Made by a program: the position numbers and the translations under genes. Shown here piece after piece: positions 1 through 10,065 of a DNA stretch of 32,000 nt (positions are counted from its first letter, which is position 1; each line of letters begins with the position of its first letter). Source of the DNA: Verrucomicrobiota bacterium (lineage in GTDB: Bacteria > Verrucomicrobiota > Verrucomicrobiia > Opitutales > Opitutaceae); the NCBI GenBank assembly GCA_023432225.1, contig JAEYUW010000029.1:43027-75026 (forward strand), given 5' to 3'. The notes below the pieces were generated by a model. The model saw nothing but the letters and a program-made list of their open reading frames with translations. It was not told where the DNA came from and did not search any database.

Positions 1-1406
1 CCGATCTCGCCGCCGACGTTCGCGTCGACCTCGTCGAACACGAGCAGCGGCACGTCGTCGATCGCGGCCAGCACGGTCTTCAGCGCCAGCATCACGCGCG
101 CGAGTTCGCCGCTCGACGCGATGCGGCTGAGCGGCAGCGGCGCCTCGCCGACGTTGGGCGAAAACAGGAACTCCACGCTCGTGTCACCATGCGCGGCCAG
201 TTCCGGCAACGCCGCGAAACGCACGCGGAAATCCGCCTTCTTGAAACCGAGTTGGACGATGACCTTCGCCGCCGCGCGCTCGAGCTGGCTGCCCGCCTTC
301 TCGCGCGTGGCACGCAGTTCCGCGGCCGACTTCTTCGCCGCTTTCAGGGCCTCGCCGATCTGCTTTTCGAGTTTCGCGAGCGAGCCCTCGACGTCGCTCT
401 GCAACTCGAGGCGACGCCGCATCTCCTCGCGCGCCGCGATCACCGCCTCGACCTTCGCGCCGTATTTGCGCTTCAGGTCGAGCCAGGCGTTCATCTTCTC
501 CGCGAGCAGTTCCGCTTGCTCCGCGTCGAAATTCAGCGAGGTCGCCAGCGCCGAGAATTCCGCATCGAGATCGCCGAGTTCGACCGAGACCGTTTGCAAG
601 CGATCCGCGAGGGACTTGCTCGCCACGTCGAACGATTCCAGCTGCCGCGCCTCGCGCAACAACGCCGCGACGCGCCCGAGCACGCCGTCCTCGCCGCTCA
701 ATCCGGTGCTCAATCCCGCCGCGAGCTGCACGATTTCCTGTGCGCTCTGCTGACGCGTGAAATCGCGTTCGAGCGCCGCGATCGCTTCGTCGTTGAGTTC
801 GAGCGCGTCGAACTTCTTCAGCTGCGCGCGCAGAAACTCGATCTGGTCGGCCGACAGCTTCTCCGCGCCGAGCAGTCGCTCGCGCTCGTCGGTCAGCTGG
901 CGCCACTCGCCGTAGACCGCGGCATACTTCGCGCGCGCGTCATCGTTGCGGGCAAACAGGTCGAGCAGCTCGCGCTGGCAGCCGTCCTTCAACAAGCGCC
1001 GCGGCTCGCCGGGGCCGTGAAAGTCGATCCATTGCTCGCCGAGCTCCTGCAACGCCGTGAGCGTGGCGAGCGAGCCGTTGACGGAAATCTTCGGCGCCTT
1101 CTCGCGCGGCACGCTGCGCTTGAGGATCAACAGACCGTCGTCGCACGGCGGCAAGTTCAGCGCTTCGAGGGAGGCGTCGAGCTTGCGCGAATCCGCGAAG
1201 AACAGCGCCGCCTCCACCTCGCACGCCGCCGCGCCCTGGCGGATGATCGTCTTGTCGGCGCGCGCGCCGGCGAGCAGCGAAAGCGCGCCGAGCAGGATGC
1301 TCTTGCCCGCGCCCGTCTCGCCGGTGACGGCGGTGAATCCGCTTTCGAACTCCAGCTCGACTTCTTCAAGCAGCGCGAGGTTGCGGATGCGGAGCGATTG
1401 GAGCAT
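1..1406 (-). CDS. recN: DNA repair protein RecN, N-terminal ~468 aa; the 3' end lies beyond the window start
   Basis: The reverse frame is open from ATG (1406-1404) to the window edge. It is absent from the ORF track because there is no stop in the window. Translation MLQSLRIRNLALLEEVELEFESGFTAVTGETGAGKSILLGALSLLAGARAD... has the RecN-type N-terminus and Walker A GETGAGKS, followed by a long coiled-coil-like region. Confidence 0.9.
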   Translation of the reverse strand, partial: MLQSLRIRNLALLEEVELEFESGFTAVTGETGAGKSILLGALSLLAGARADKTIIRQGAAACEVEAALFFADSRKLDASLEALNLPPCDDGLLILKRSVPREKAPKISVNGSLATLTALQELGEQWIDFHGPGEPRRLLKDGCQRELLDLFARNDDARAKYAAVYGEWRQLTDERERLLGAEKLSADQIEFLRAQLKKFDALELNDEAIAALERDFTRQQSAQEIVQLAAGLSTGLSGEDGVLGRVAALLREARQLESFDVASKSLADRLQTVSVELGDLDAEFSALATSLNFDAEQAELLAEKMNAWLDLKRKYGAKVEAVIAAREEMRRRLELQSDVEGSLAKLEKQIGEALKAAKKSAAELRATREKAGSQLERAAAKVIVQLGFKKADFRVRFAALPELAAHGDTSVEFLFSPNVGEAPLPLSRIASSGELARVMLALKTVLAAIDDVPLLVFDEVDANVGGEI

Positions 1407-1531
1407 GCGGCAGGTGTTTAGCGGTCAGTGTCTTGAATGCACGCGAAAAGCCCGCGCGCCGCGATGCCGGGAAAGTTTCCAAATAATCCTTGCACGCCTC
1501 GGCCCGAATCGTTCACTCCTCGCCTTCCGTC

Positions 1532-1608
1532 GGACTCTTAGCTCAGTTGGTTAGAGCACTTCCTTGACATGGAAGGGGTCACTGGTTCGAGTCCAGTAGA
1601 GTCCACCA
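1532..1608 (+). tRNA. tRNA-Val (anticodon GAC), CCA encoded
   Basis: Cloverleaf read by hand: acceptor GGACTCT/AGAGTCC, D arm GCTC-AGTTGGTTA-GAGC, anticodon stem CTTCC/GGAAG with loop TTGACAT, T arm ACTGG-TTCGAGT-CCAGT, then discriminator A and CCA. Confidence 0.93.
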
Positions 1609-1642
1609 TCCGGCGCGACACCCGACCCGAGTCGGTCAGGGA

Positions 1643-3025
1643 TCAGAGCTTCACCAAGCTGGCGCTGAGTTCGAGATACTCGCAAAGCACCGCCACGTTG
1701 CGGTTGAAAACGCCGCTGCTGATGCGGTCCGCGACCGTAAACTGGCCATTCCAGCGCTCTCCCTTCGGCGGTGGCGTCTTGAAGCGATCGCCCCGCGTGA
1801 TCCACGCCCCGGAAGTGTCCTGACTCGCGATGATTTTCCGCACGGTGCCGTCGAGCGCCTGCAAGCGTCGGGCGGTCGCCTCCTTGGTCGGCGCGGGATT
1901 CTCGTCCTGCTGCAACCCGGCGCGACCGAGCCGAATCGCTTTCTCGTAACGCTGCGTGACCGCGGCAAGGAGGCCGGAAAGATCGAGCTCGTAACCGTAA
2001 CCGGTGCGCCGCTCCGGGTGGAGTTCGTCCACGCTTTTCACGCGGATGCGACCGCGGTCGTAGTAGAGCGGCTGGTTCGTCCCGATCTCGACAAAGCGCG
2101 CCCATTTCCCGTTGGGCAGCCGCACTTCACTCACCCAGCGCAGCGCATCGGGGATCGGTTCGAGCAGCGTCGCGTCGTCCAACGCGAGGTAGAGATCGAT
2201 CAGTGTCTCGAGGTTGTGCAGCGTCTCGGACGGGCCGAGCGACGCGGGTTCGAATGTGCGCGCCCACGCCGGCTGGAGGAATTCGTTGTATTGCTGCGCC
2301 CATCCGGGCTGCGGCGGCGCGTGCTGGGAGATGACAATGAACCGCGCCACGCGGCGCAGGCTGTGCAGCACCGCCGCGTTGCCCGGATCGATCCGGTGCG
2401 CCTCGATCAGCACGCGCACGCAATCGTTGATGCCGTGGTCGTTGAACGTCGCGTAATCGTGGTAGTTGCCGCGGGCGGGATAAAGGTGCGGCCAGCCGCC
2501 GTTCTCGAGCTGCGTCGTGAGCATCATCTGCACGGCGCGTTGCGTGGCGGCGGCCAGACGCTCGTCGCCGGCCACGCGGTTCAGCGCCATCAGGAAGCTG
2601 ACAGCCGACTGGCTCTGGTTGTCATCGAAGCTCACCGTGTCATTGCCCGGATGGGCAAAGTCGATCGTGTGGTCCCAGCCGCCGTGTTTGTTCTGACCCC
2701 GAATCAGCGCCTCTGCGGCCTGGCGGGCCGCCGCGAGCGCCTGCGGATTGCCGGTGGCCAGGTAGGCACGCAGGAAAGACTGCCCCACGGCGGGAGTGCC
2801 GGGCGGTTGCACCTCGACCGTGTCGGGATCAGCCGGATCCTCGCCCCAGCGTTGCGCGAGATCCGGAGTCACCGCGTAGACATAGCCGCCGTGCGAGCTG
2901 ATCGTCGGGAAAAACGCCACTGCCTTGGCCAGCGCCGCTTCCGCCTGCGGGCGAAGATCGTCCGTCGCCTGGAGGGCGGCGGGCAGGAACAGGAACGCGA
3001 GGCCGAGGGCGAGATGCTGGCGCAT
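1643..3025 (-). CDS. Exported alpha/alpha-toroid protein, probably a PelA/Pel-15E (PL10) family pectate lyase
   Basis: ORF track 1643..3037. I prefer the ATG at 3025 (MRQHLALGLAFLFLPAALQA, signal-peptide-like); a GTG at 3037 is the alternative. Motifs ENGGWPHLYP, ATFNDHGINDCVRVL and GWAQQYN resemble the PL10 pattern (GGWPQ.YP / TFNDxAM) as I remember it. It is the last gene of the ABC/DUF1593 operon. Confidence 0.6.
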   Translation of the reverse strand: MRQHLALGLAFLFLPAALQATDDLRPQAEAALAKAVAFFPTISSHGGYVYAVTPDLAQRWGEDPADPDTVEVQPPGTPAVGQSFLRAYLATGNPQALAAARQAAEALIRGQNKHGGWDHTIDFAHPGNDTVSFDDNQSQSAVSFLMALNRVAGDERLAAATQRAVQMMLTTQLENGGWPHLYPARGNYHDYATFNDHGINDCVRVLIEAHRIDPGNAAVLHSLRRVARFIVISQHAPPQPGWAQQYNEFLQPAWARTFEPASLGPSETLHNLETLIDLYLALDDATLLEPIPDALRWVSEVRLPNGKWARFVEIGTNQPLYYDRGRIRVKSVDELHPERRTGYGYELDLSGLLAAVTQRYEKAIRLGRAGLQQDENPAPTKEATARRLQALDGTVRKIIASQDTSGAWITRGDRFKTPPPKGERWNGQFTVADRISSGVFNRNVAVLCEYLELSASLVKL

Positions 3026-3033
3026 GGGAGGGA

Positions 3034-4461
3034 TCACTTAATGACGTCGATGATCACCCGCTGGTAACGGGTCAGGCGCGGCGTGCCGTGATCGGTGACC
3101 GCGAGAACAATGTGCATCTCTCCCACGCCGGGAGGCATCACGCGCGACGTGGGAACGACGAAGGACGCTTTGGCTTGGTCGTGGTTGTTGATCTCGATCG
3201 GCTGGCCCGAGCGGGCGTTCGAAACCGGAAACGTCCCCGCTTCGTGGTAGTAGAACCACGCGTAGGAAACGGCGTCGCCATCGGGATCGGTGGTGCCTTC
3301 GGCGCTGAGCTCGACGCGTTCGCCGGGCTTGGCGGTGAGGCGCGCGGCGTGGCCGAGTTTGGGCACCGGCGGATGATTGGCCTCCACGTAAGGCTTGACC
3401 GTCCAATCCATGCGCGCGGCGAAGTCGTTCTGATAGGCCTCCCGCCAGCGCCAGAGCGTGGCGTGATTGTCGTCGTGCCAGCGCCCGTCGATGCCGAGGA
3501 CTTCGTCGTCGGCATCGGTCCAGATGGGGCGCGTCTCGGGGGAGAGATGCCACTTCATCGGCCGCGGCGTGTAGAGTTCGTAGCGGCCGCCCCACCCGCC
3601 GAAATCGGGACGCTCCGGCTCGTTGAGCCCATTGGAGATGAGCCCGAGGAAGCTCGGGGTGTCACCTTCCATCAGATATTCCCAACGTGGATACTCGGCG
3701 CCGAGCGGCCCCTTTTGCCGGATGTTGCGATCGAGCCACTCGTTGGTGACGAGCGTGAAGTCGGCCCCCGGGCAGCGCGCGTGAAAATAGTCGCCGCTGA
3801 TCGCGCTCCACGTGGCATGGTGGTAGGCGCCGCCGGCGTTGAAGCCGGGGCTCACGATGTAGAAGAGACCGGGAAACTCGCGCCGCAGCCACGGACCGGA
3901 GTCGTCCTGATCGGAGATCGCGTAAACGCGCAGCTTCGTGACGGCGCGCGCCAGTTGCTCCGGCGAGCGCGTCGCGCGGATTTTCCACAGCGCTTGCGCG
4001 AGCACATTCGGCCCGCCCCAGACGGGCACCCACAGCGGGCGCGGATCGTCGCGGTCGAGCGCGCGGATCAGCGCCTCGGAGCCGGGCGAGTCTTTGCCCT
4101 CACCCACCGCCGTGAGGCCGTAGGCGGGCAGTCCTTCGGAGACGAAAGCGAGCAGTTGTTCACCCGTCGGGAAACCGGATTCGTGTTTCTCGAGGTTGTC
4201 GCGGACCTTGCCGTAGGCGGTGACGATGCGCCGGATGGCCTGCGGCGCGACGTGGCTGCGTTGGTGGATCGAAGTCGTGGCGACGAGACCCTCGACGTCG
4301 AAATGGTTCGCGTAAGTGAGAAAGCGCACCATCGACATGGCATCGTCCGGCTCGTTCTCGATGTCGGTCAGGACGAAGACGCGGGGCTTGCCGGCGGCGG
4401 CAGTCGCGGCCGCGAGACCGGCCAACAGCGAAATGAGAGCGAGCAGGCGGAGTGATTTCAT
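3034..4461 (-). CDS. Exported DUF1593 protein A: nucleoside-hydrolase-like N-domain plus Ig-like C-domain (Sde182-type)
   Basis: True start is the ATG at 4461 ([48 protein letters not shown]...), residue 161 of track ORF 3034..4941. It forms an ATGA overlap with the upstream stop. It has the acidic cluster [23 protein letters not shown], and a C-terminal beta-rich region ([13 protein letters not shown]). Confidence 0.8.
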   Translation of the reverse strand: MKSLRLLALISLLAGLAAATAAAGKPRVFVLTDIENEPDDAMSMVRFLTYANHFDVEGLVATTSIHQRSHVAPQAIRRIVTAYGKVRDNLEKHESGFPTGEQLLAFVSEGLPAYGLTAVGEGKDSPGSEALIRALDRDDPRPLWVPVWGGPNVLAQALWKIRATRSPEQLARAVTKLRVYAISDQDDSGPWLRREFPGLFYIVSPGFNAGGAYHHATWSAISGDYFHARCPGADFTLVTNEWLDRNIRQKGPLGAEYPRWEYLMEGDTPSFLGLISNGLNEPERPDFGGWGGRYELYTPRPMKWHLSPETRPIWTDADDEVLGIDGRWHDDNHATLWRWREAYQNDFAARMDWTVKPYVEANHPPVPKLGHAARLTAKPGERVELSAEGTTDPDGDAVSYAWFYYHEAGTFPVSNARSGQPIEINNHDQAKASFVVPTSRVMPPGVGEMHIVLAVTDHGTPRLTRYQRVIIDVIK

Positions 4462-5780
4462 GATTTGGGCGTGCGGCAGCGTTCGAGTCGTTCGGCGAAA
4501 TCGCGGAGAAATTGTTCGCGCCAGACGTTGATCGTGCGGGCGCCGCGGTGCGGGCCTTCGATCAGCGCGGGCGTGGGATCGTCGGTCCACCAATTCGGAT
4601 GCGTCGGGTCCGGCGTTAGCGCGGCGTCGAGCGTGGGCGGCACGACCGTGATCTCGCCCGTGCGACCGTCGAGCGCGGGCACATTGCTGCGAATCGTGTA
4701 ACGGTAGGTCTTCGACTCCTTCGGGCAAAAGCGGAACCGGATCGCACCTGCGCCGTCGACGTGACCTATGAGCGACTGGTTTTCGATGACCAGGCGCGCC
4801 TCGGGTTGCGCGTGCGCGCCGGCGCCGAGCGGAAGCACGAGTTCGAGGATGCCGCAATGTTCGATCGTGTCTGCCGCGGTGGTGAAACGATCGAAGCGTG
4901 CGAACGGACGCGCCCACGCACGCACGTAACGTCCGCCCCATCCCGGCTGGAACGGCAGCGCCGGCTCGCCGCGCAACAGCCAGGCGACGGTCGGCGTGTC
5001 GCCCATCTTCAGCGCCGAACGCTTCTGGCCCTCGAAGCGAATGCCATGCGCGAAGAAATCTCCGAGCGCACCGCGTCCGACGGCGTGGGCTTCCGCGAAG
5101 TTCTCCGCCGCCAGATCGCCGGTCTGGTTACCGCCCACGAACCAGCCGTAGTAGGTCGAGTTGGATTCGATCATCCACAGCTGCGGGTGCTGCGTGGCGA
5201 GGTAGTGATAAGCGTCGGGGCTCCACTTCTTGTTCGGACCGCCGATGTAGTAAACGCGGAGCTTCGGCAGAATCTCGGGGGCGTCGTGCAGCGCCTGCGC
5301 GAGGTCCTCGATGCCGCCCCAGACGAGCACGTGCAGCGGACGCGGATCGTCGCGCCGCGCGCATTGCACGATCCAATCCGAGCCCTCGGTGGCGCGGCGG
5401 ACGCCGGCGTAGGGCGCCGTTTCGGTTTCGCCCTGTTTCGTGATCGCGCGCAGCGCGTCGGGCGTCGGGTAACGGGCCGAGTGCGTGCGCAACACTGGGT
5501 AATCGTGTTCGTAGTGCGCGATCACCTGCAGGAGGTGCTCCTTGCGCCCGGCGCCGTAGGGCGAAGAGATGAGCCCTTCGAGATCCAGCACGTCCGCGTA
5601 GAGCAGCACGTGGACGAGCGACTGGAAATCGTCGAAGTCGGTGCCGCCGATGTCGGTGGAGACGATCACGCGGTGAGGCTGACCCGCGAGCGCGCCGGAG
5701 TCGGCGCGAGCGGCCAGCGCGAAGGTGAACGCGGCGAGAGCGGCGAACGCCAAGGAGCGGAAGAAGCGAGCGGTGTTCAT
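4458..5780 (-). CDS. Exported DUF1593 protein B (nucleoside-hydrolase-like), a divergent paralogue of the downstream gene
   Basis: Track ORF, 440 aa. Signal peptide [26 protein letters not shown]. Motifs [24 protein letters not shown] and [21 protein letters not shown] parallel protein A. The ATG at 5780 overlaps the permease stop (ATGA). Confidence 0.8.
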   Translation of the reverse strand: MNTARFFRSLAFAALAAFTFALAARADSGALAGQPHRVIVSTDIGGTDFDDFQSLVHVLLYADVLDLEGLISSPYGAGRKEHLLQVIAHYEHDYPVLRTHSARYPTPDALRAITKQGETETAPYAGVRRATEGSDWIVQCARRDDPRPLHVLVWGGIEDLAQALHDAPEILPKLRVYYIGGPNKKWSPDAYHYLATQHPQLWMIESNSTYYGWFVGGNQTGDLAAENFAEAHAVGRGALGDFFAHGIRFEGQKRSALKMGDTPTVAWLLRGEPALPFQPGWGGRYVRAWARPFARFDRFTTAADTIEHCGILELVLPLGAGAHAQPEARLVIENQSLIGHVDGAGAIRFRFCPKESKTYRYTIRSNVPALDGRTGEITVVPPTLDAALTPDPTHPNWWTDDPTPALIEGPHRGARTINVWREQFLRDFAERLERCRTPKS

Positions 5781-6760
5781 GCGGTGTCGCGGCCTTTCGT
5801 GTTCATCTTGTCGAGCGCGACCGCGAGGAGGATCACGAGGCCCTTGATGACTTGTTGCCAGAATGGCGACACGTTCAGGAGGAAAAGTCCGTTATTGAGC
5901 ACGCCGATGATGAGGCAACCGAGCACAGTGCCCCAGATCGACCCGCGGCCGCCGGAAAGCGACGTGCCGCCGATCACGACAGCGGCGATCGAATCAAGTT
6001 CGTAGCCGAGGCCGGCGTTCGGCTGCGCCGAGTCGAGGCGCGCCGTGACGATCAGGCCCGCCACGCCGGCCAGTGCGCCGGCGAGCGTGTAAACGGCGAG
6101 CTTGATGCGCGAGACGTTGAGGCCGGTGAGGCGCGCCGCGCGCTCGTTGCCGCCGACGGCGTAGAGGTGGCGGCCGAAGCGCGTGCGCTTCGTCACGACG
6201 ACGAAGACGGCGGTCAGGGCGAGCATGATCCACACGGGCATCGGCATGCCGAGGAACGCCCCGGTGCCGAGGTGCCCGAAGCTGTCGCCCAGTCCCGTGA
6301 TGGGAAATCCGCCGGTCCACAGCATCGTGAGACCGCGCGCGATGCTGAACATGCCCAGCGTCGCGACAAACGGAGGGAGACTAAACCGCGTGATCGCGAA
6401 ACCGTTGACCCAGCCCGCCGCGCCGCCGACGACCAAGCCCGCGAGAATCGCGCCCGACGTCGTGAATTGCAGCAGCAGGTCTGTGCCGGGAATCGCGAGG
6501 CCATTTTTCAACAAGCCGGCAGCCAGCGCGCCCGCGAGCGCGAGAATCGCGCCGCACGAGAGATCGATGCCGCCGCTCAGGATCACGAGCGTCATGCCGA
6601 CCGAGAGACAGAGATTCACCGAGATTTGCCGCAGGATGTTCCAGCCGTTGTCGGGCGTGAGGAAGCGATCCGAGAGCACGCTGAGCACGAGCACCATCAG
6701 CGCGAGCGCGAGCAACGAGCGGAAGCGGGCGAAGAAGGCTTTGTAGTCGGGGGCAGCCAT
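5777..6760 (-). CDS. Sugar ABC transporter permease (RbsC/AraH-type)
   Basis: Start is the ATG at 6760 (MAAPDYKAFFARFRSLLALALMVLVL...), residue 45 of track ORF 5777..6892 and 1 nt after the ATPase stop. Multi-span hydrophobic protein with the typical LSGGIDLS and TRFGRHLYAVGGNERAARLTG segments. Confidence 0.9.
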   Translation of the reverse strand: MAAPDYKAFFARFRSLLALALMVLVLSVLSDRFLTPDNGWNILRQISVNLCLSVGMTLVILSGGIDLSCGAILALAGALAAGLLKNGLAIPGTDLLLQFTTSGAILAGLVVGGAAGWVNGFAITRFSLPPFVATLGMFSIARGLTMLWTGGFPITGLGDSFGHLGTGAFLGMPMPVWIMLALTAVFVVVTKRTRFGRHLYAVGGNERAARLTGLNVSRIKLAVYTLAGALAGVAGLIVTARLDSAQPNAGLGYELDSIAAVVIGGTSLSGGRGSIWGTVLGCLIIGVLNNGLFLLNVSPFWQQVIKGLVILLAVALDKMNTKGRDTA

Positions 6761-6761
6761 G

Positions 6762-8312
6762 TCAGGAAGCGAGAGCGGCGGCGCGATCAGGCAACGCCGC
6801 GGCGAGCACACGTTCGGGCGTGGCGTCGGAGCGAGTGAACTCCGCGGTCTTGCGCCCTTCGCAGAGCACGAGCACGCGATCGGCGAGCGCAAGAACCTCG
6901 GGCAACTCGGAGGAGACCATGATCAGACCGAGGCCGGCACGCGCCAGTTCGTCGATGAAGGCGTAGATCTCGCGCTTGGCATTCACGTCGATGCCGCGCG
7001 TCGGCTCGTCGAGGAGCAGGAGCCGCGGATTGGTCGCGAGCCATTTGGCGAGAATCACCTTCTGCTGGTTACCACCCGAGAGATTGACGATCAGCTGGTC
7101 GAGCGAGGGCGTCTTCACCTGGAAGCGCTCAATATACGGCGTGACGGCGGCGGACTCGCGCGACTCGCTAATGAAACCGCCGCGCAACGTGCGCTCGAGG
7201 CTCGCGAGGCTGGCGTTGGCCGCGACGCTCATCGGCAGCACCAGGCCGTCGCGCTTGCGATCTTCCGGCGCGAGCGCGAGTCCGGCCGCGATCGCCTCCG
7301 CGGGCGAAGCGAACGCCACCTCCCCACCGCCGACGCGCAGCGTGCCGGTGGCGCGATCGGCATGGAGGCCGAAGAGAATTTCGAGCAACTCCGTGCGGCC
7401 CGCGCCAACGAGGCCGAACACGCCGAGCACCTCGCCGCGGCGCACGGTGAAGGAAACGTCCTCGACGAGAAACGGCCGCCCCACCCCGCTACCGGGCAGC
7501 GCGAGGCGCTCGGCGGCGAGGATTTCCTCGCCGAGGCGGGCCGGCGCGCGCTGGAAGAGTTCCTTCGCCTCGCGGCCGGCCATGAGGCGAACGATGGCGT
7601 CGCGCGTCAGCTCGGCGAAGGGCGCGCCACCAACCACGCGGCCGTCGCGGAAAATCGTCACGTCGTCGCACACGTTGGCGAGTTCCTCGAACTTGTGCGT
7701 GATGTAGACGAGGCCGACGCCGGCGCGCTTCAGCTCGGCGATGACGCCGTAGAGCACTTCGACTTCGTGAGCGGAGAGCGACGAGGTGGGTTCGTCGAGG
7801 ATAAGCACGCGCGCGTTCGCGGAGAGTGCGCGGGCGATTTCGACGAGTTGCTGCTGCCCGACGCGCAGGTCGGCGACGAGCGTTTGCGGCGCGACCGCGA
7901 GATCGAGCCGGCGCAGCACAGCCGCGGTGTCGGCGTGGAGGCGCGCGTAGTCGATCAGGCCGACGGCGTTGCGCGGCTCGCGACCGAGCCAGACGTTTTC
8001 CGCAACGGAGAGATACGGGATCAGACTGAGTTCTTGGAAAACGATGCCGATGCCGGCGGCCTGCGCCTCTTGCGGGTTGGCAAAGCGGACGTCGCGTCCG
8101 TCGAGGCGGATCGTGCCCGCGTCGGGCGGGAACACGCCGGAGAGAATGTTCATCAGCGTGGACTTGCCGGCGCCATTTTCGCCCAGCAGCGCCACGAGCC
8201 GACCCGCGCGCACGCGCAGACTCACGCCACTCAACGCGCGCACGCCCGGAAAGGACTTCTCGATGCCTTCAGCTTCGAGGAGGACGTCGGATGCGGGCGG
8301 AACAGCGTTCAC
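6762..8312 (-). CDS. Sugar ABC transporter ATP-binding protein with tandem nucleotide-binding domains (RbsA/MglA-type)
   Basis: Track ORF, 516 aa. Walker A GENGAGKST, signature LRVGQQQLVEIARAL, Walker B VLILDEPT, and a second-domain signature LSGGNQQKVILAKWL with LLLLDEPTRGID. The GTG start overlaps the upstream stop (GTGA). Confidence 0.93.
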   Translation of the reverse strand: MNAVPPASDVLLEAEGIEKSFPGVRALSGVSLRVRAGRLVALLGENGAGKSTLMNILSGVFPPDAGTIRLDGRDVRFANPQEAQAAGIGIVFQELSLIPYLSVAENVWLGREPRNAVGLIDYARLHADTAAVLRRLDLAVAPQTLVADLRVGQQQLVEIARALSANARVLILDEPTSSLSAHEVEVLYGVIAELKRAGVGLVYITHKFEELANVCDDVTIFRDGRVVGGAPFAELTRDAIVRLMAGREAKELFQRAPARLGEEILAAERLALPGSGVGRPFLVEDVSFTVRRGEVLGVFGLVGAGRTELLEILFGLHADRATGTLRVGGGEVAFASPAEAIAAGLALAPEDRKRDGLVLPMSVAANASLASLERTLRGGFISESRESAAVTPYIERFQVKTPSLDQLIVNLSGGNQQKVILAKWLATNPRLLLLDEPTRGIDVNAKREIYAFIDELARAGLGLIMVSSELPEVLALADRVLVLCEGRKTAEFTRSDATPERVLAAALPDRAAALAS

Positions 8313-8983
8313 CGCTTCACCTCGGCTTGAATGGGGATGAACGTCAGCAGCGGCGCGCCGGCGGCCGGGAGCGTTTCCGGCGCTTCGGCGCAGCCGGCGA
8401 TTGTGATCGTGGCGCCGACGGCGATGCCCGCCTTCAGCGACGGCTGCACTTGCTGCTCGACGAGCCGGTTCAGCTCGGCGGAGAGCGCGTTGAACTCAGC
8501 GAGGCCCGGCACTTGGTTGACTTCCAGCAGCCCGCAACCGTCGCGGAGCACGTTGCCGAAAACCGGGCCGGTGCGCACGGCAACGATCTGGCCATCGACC
8601 TCGAGCAGGACGCGACTGCGCTCCACGGCGGTAACGCGACCGGTGCCGCGCACAAAGTAGTAAGCGGCGTGACCGAGGCCGACGCGTCGCGCGTGTTGCT
8701 GCAATGCCATCAGCGGGTCGCGGCGCAGGTCGACGAGCAACGGCGCCAGCTCGGGCACGCGCGCGGCCGCCGGCAGGAGCTTGGCCGTCCAGAATTCCGC
8801 CGCGAAGGCGGCCGGCTCAAACGCACTCGAGGTCGCCGCGATCGCCGCGGACGCCGATGCGCGCTTCGAGACCACGCGGAAGGGCGGATAGAGGACGAGC
8901 AGCCCGACCAGGACGACGCTCGCCGCCAGCCACGGCCAGCGGACCGGAGCACGGCGCGGAGCGGAGGTTTCGGCAGTGGGCAT
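8309..8983 (-). CDS. Membrane-anchored periplasmic protein, DUF2291-like accessory protein of sugar ABC loci
   Basis: Track ORF, 224 aa. N-terminal anchor VRWPWLAASVVLVGLLVLY. Segments FEPAAFAAEFWTAKLLP, GPVFGNVLRD, FNALSAELNRLVEQQV and TFIPIQAEV match my recollection of the DUF2291 pattern. Its position between the SBP and ATPase genes is typical for that family. Confidence 0.65.
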   Translation of the reverse strand: MPTAETSAPRRAPVRWPWLAASVVLVGLLVLYPPFRVVSKRASASAAIAATSSAFEPAAFAAEFWTAKLLPAAARVPELAPLLVDLRRDPLMALQQHARRVGLGHAAYYFVRGTGRVTAVERSRVLLEVDGQIVAVRTGPVFGNVLRDGCGLLEVNQVPGLAEFNALSAELNRLVEQQVQPSLKAGIAVGATITIAGCAEAPETLPAAGAPLLTFIPIQAEVKR

Positions 8984-9081
8984 GAATTCAGCGGCAGTGG
9001 GTCAGCGCGCTGGCGCGCACCCGAGCGGCGCCCGCGAGCGGGCTGTCCACGTTGGGAGCGACCGCCGGAGATCCATTGCTT

Positions 9082-10065
9082 TCAGGGCTTGCGGCCGTAG
9101 TCGCCGAACTTGTGGACGGTTTCGCGGTTCACGAGTTCGACCGCGACCGGGATGCGCTGCGGAAAGTTGCGTTCGCCTTTGAGGTATTTGTCGGCGTTCT
9201 CAGCGGCGGTGCGCGCCATGGTCTTCGGGAACTGCATGACGGTGGCGGCGATCTTGCCGTCGGCGACGGCTTTCACGACGTCGTCGGCGCCATCGAAGCC
9301 AAAGACCTTCACCTTGTCGGCCTTGCCGGCCGCGAGCAGCGCCTGGTAAGCGCCCATCGCCATGGCGTCGTTGCCGCAGAAAACCGCATCAATGTCGGGA
9401 TTGGCCTGGAGGATCGCCTCGAGGACCTCAAGGGCCTTGGTGCGATCGAAATCGGCGCTCTGCTGCGCCACCATTTTCAGGCCGGGAAAGCGATCAACGA
9501 CGGAGTGAAAACCCTTCGAGCGGTTCCACGTGTTGGTGTCGGCAACGAGGCCGAGGAGTTCGACATATTTGCCTTCTTCCCCCACCTGCTCGACGAAGTA
9601 TTGGCCGAGCGCGACGCAGCCGGAGTAGTTGTCGGAGAGAATCTGGGAGACCGCGGCGTCGTTGGCCTCGATTTCGCGATCCATGCAGAAGACCGGAATG
9701 CCGGCGGCCTTCGCCCGGCGGACGTTGGCGATGGAGCCTTTGGCGTCGGTGCAGTTGAAGAGCACGGCGCCGTAGCCGGAAGCGATGAGGTTATCGAAAT
9801 GCTGCGATTCCTTCGCCGGGTCGTTCTGCGAGTCGAAGATCACGGCCTCGTAGCCGAGCTCCTTGGCGCGATCGCGCGCGTTTTCCGCGAGCACGACAAA
9901 CCAGGGGTTGTTGAGCGTGGAAACGACGACCGCTACGCGACGGGATTTTGCCGCGGGCGCAGCGACATCGCCGCCAGCGGACGCGGCGGAAGGTTTGCAC
10001 GCAGTGAGGACGAGGCTCGCGAGAACCGGAATGATCGCCAAAACGCGGAGCAGAGTGTGCTTCAT
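9082..10065 (-). CDS. Sugar ABC transporter substrate-binding lipoprotein (RbsB-like, periplasmic binding protein type I)
   Basis: Track ORF, 327 aa. Lipobox [49 protein letters not shown]... is typical of ribose/galactose-type binding proteins. Confidence 0.9.
   Translation of the reverse strand: MKHTLLRVLAIIPVLASLVLTACKPSAASAGGDVAAPAAKSRRVAVVVSTLNNPWFVVLAENARDRAKELGYEAVIFDSQNDPAKESQHFDNLIASGYGAVLFNCTDAKGSIANVRRAKAAGIPVFCMDREIEANDAAVSQILSDNYSGCVALGQYFVEQVGEEGKYVELLGLVADTNTWNRSKGFHSVVDRFPGLKMVAQQSADFDRTKALEVLEAILQANPDIDAVFCGNDAMAMGAYQALLAAGKADKVKVFGFDGADDVVKAVADGKIAATVMQFPKTMARTAAENADKYLKGERNFPQRIPVAVELVNRETVHKFGDYGRKP

Noticed and set aside
189-1421. 410-aa plus-strand ORF, with several shorter ORFs, covering the first 1.4 kb
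   Set aside because: It is antisense to an unmistakable recN frame. Its translation is Arg/Leu/Ala/Glu-rich with no motif, as expected for the mirror frame of a high-GC gene.
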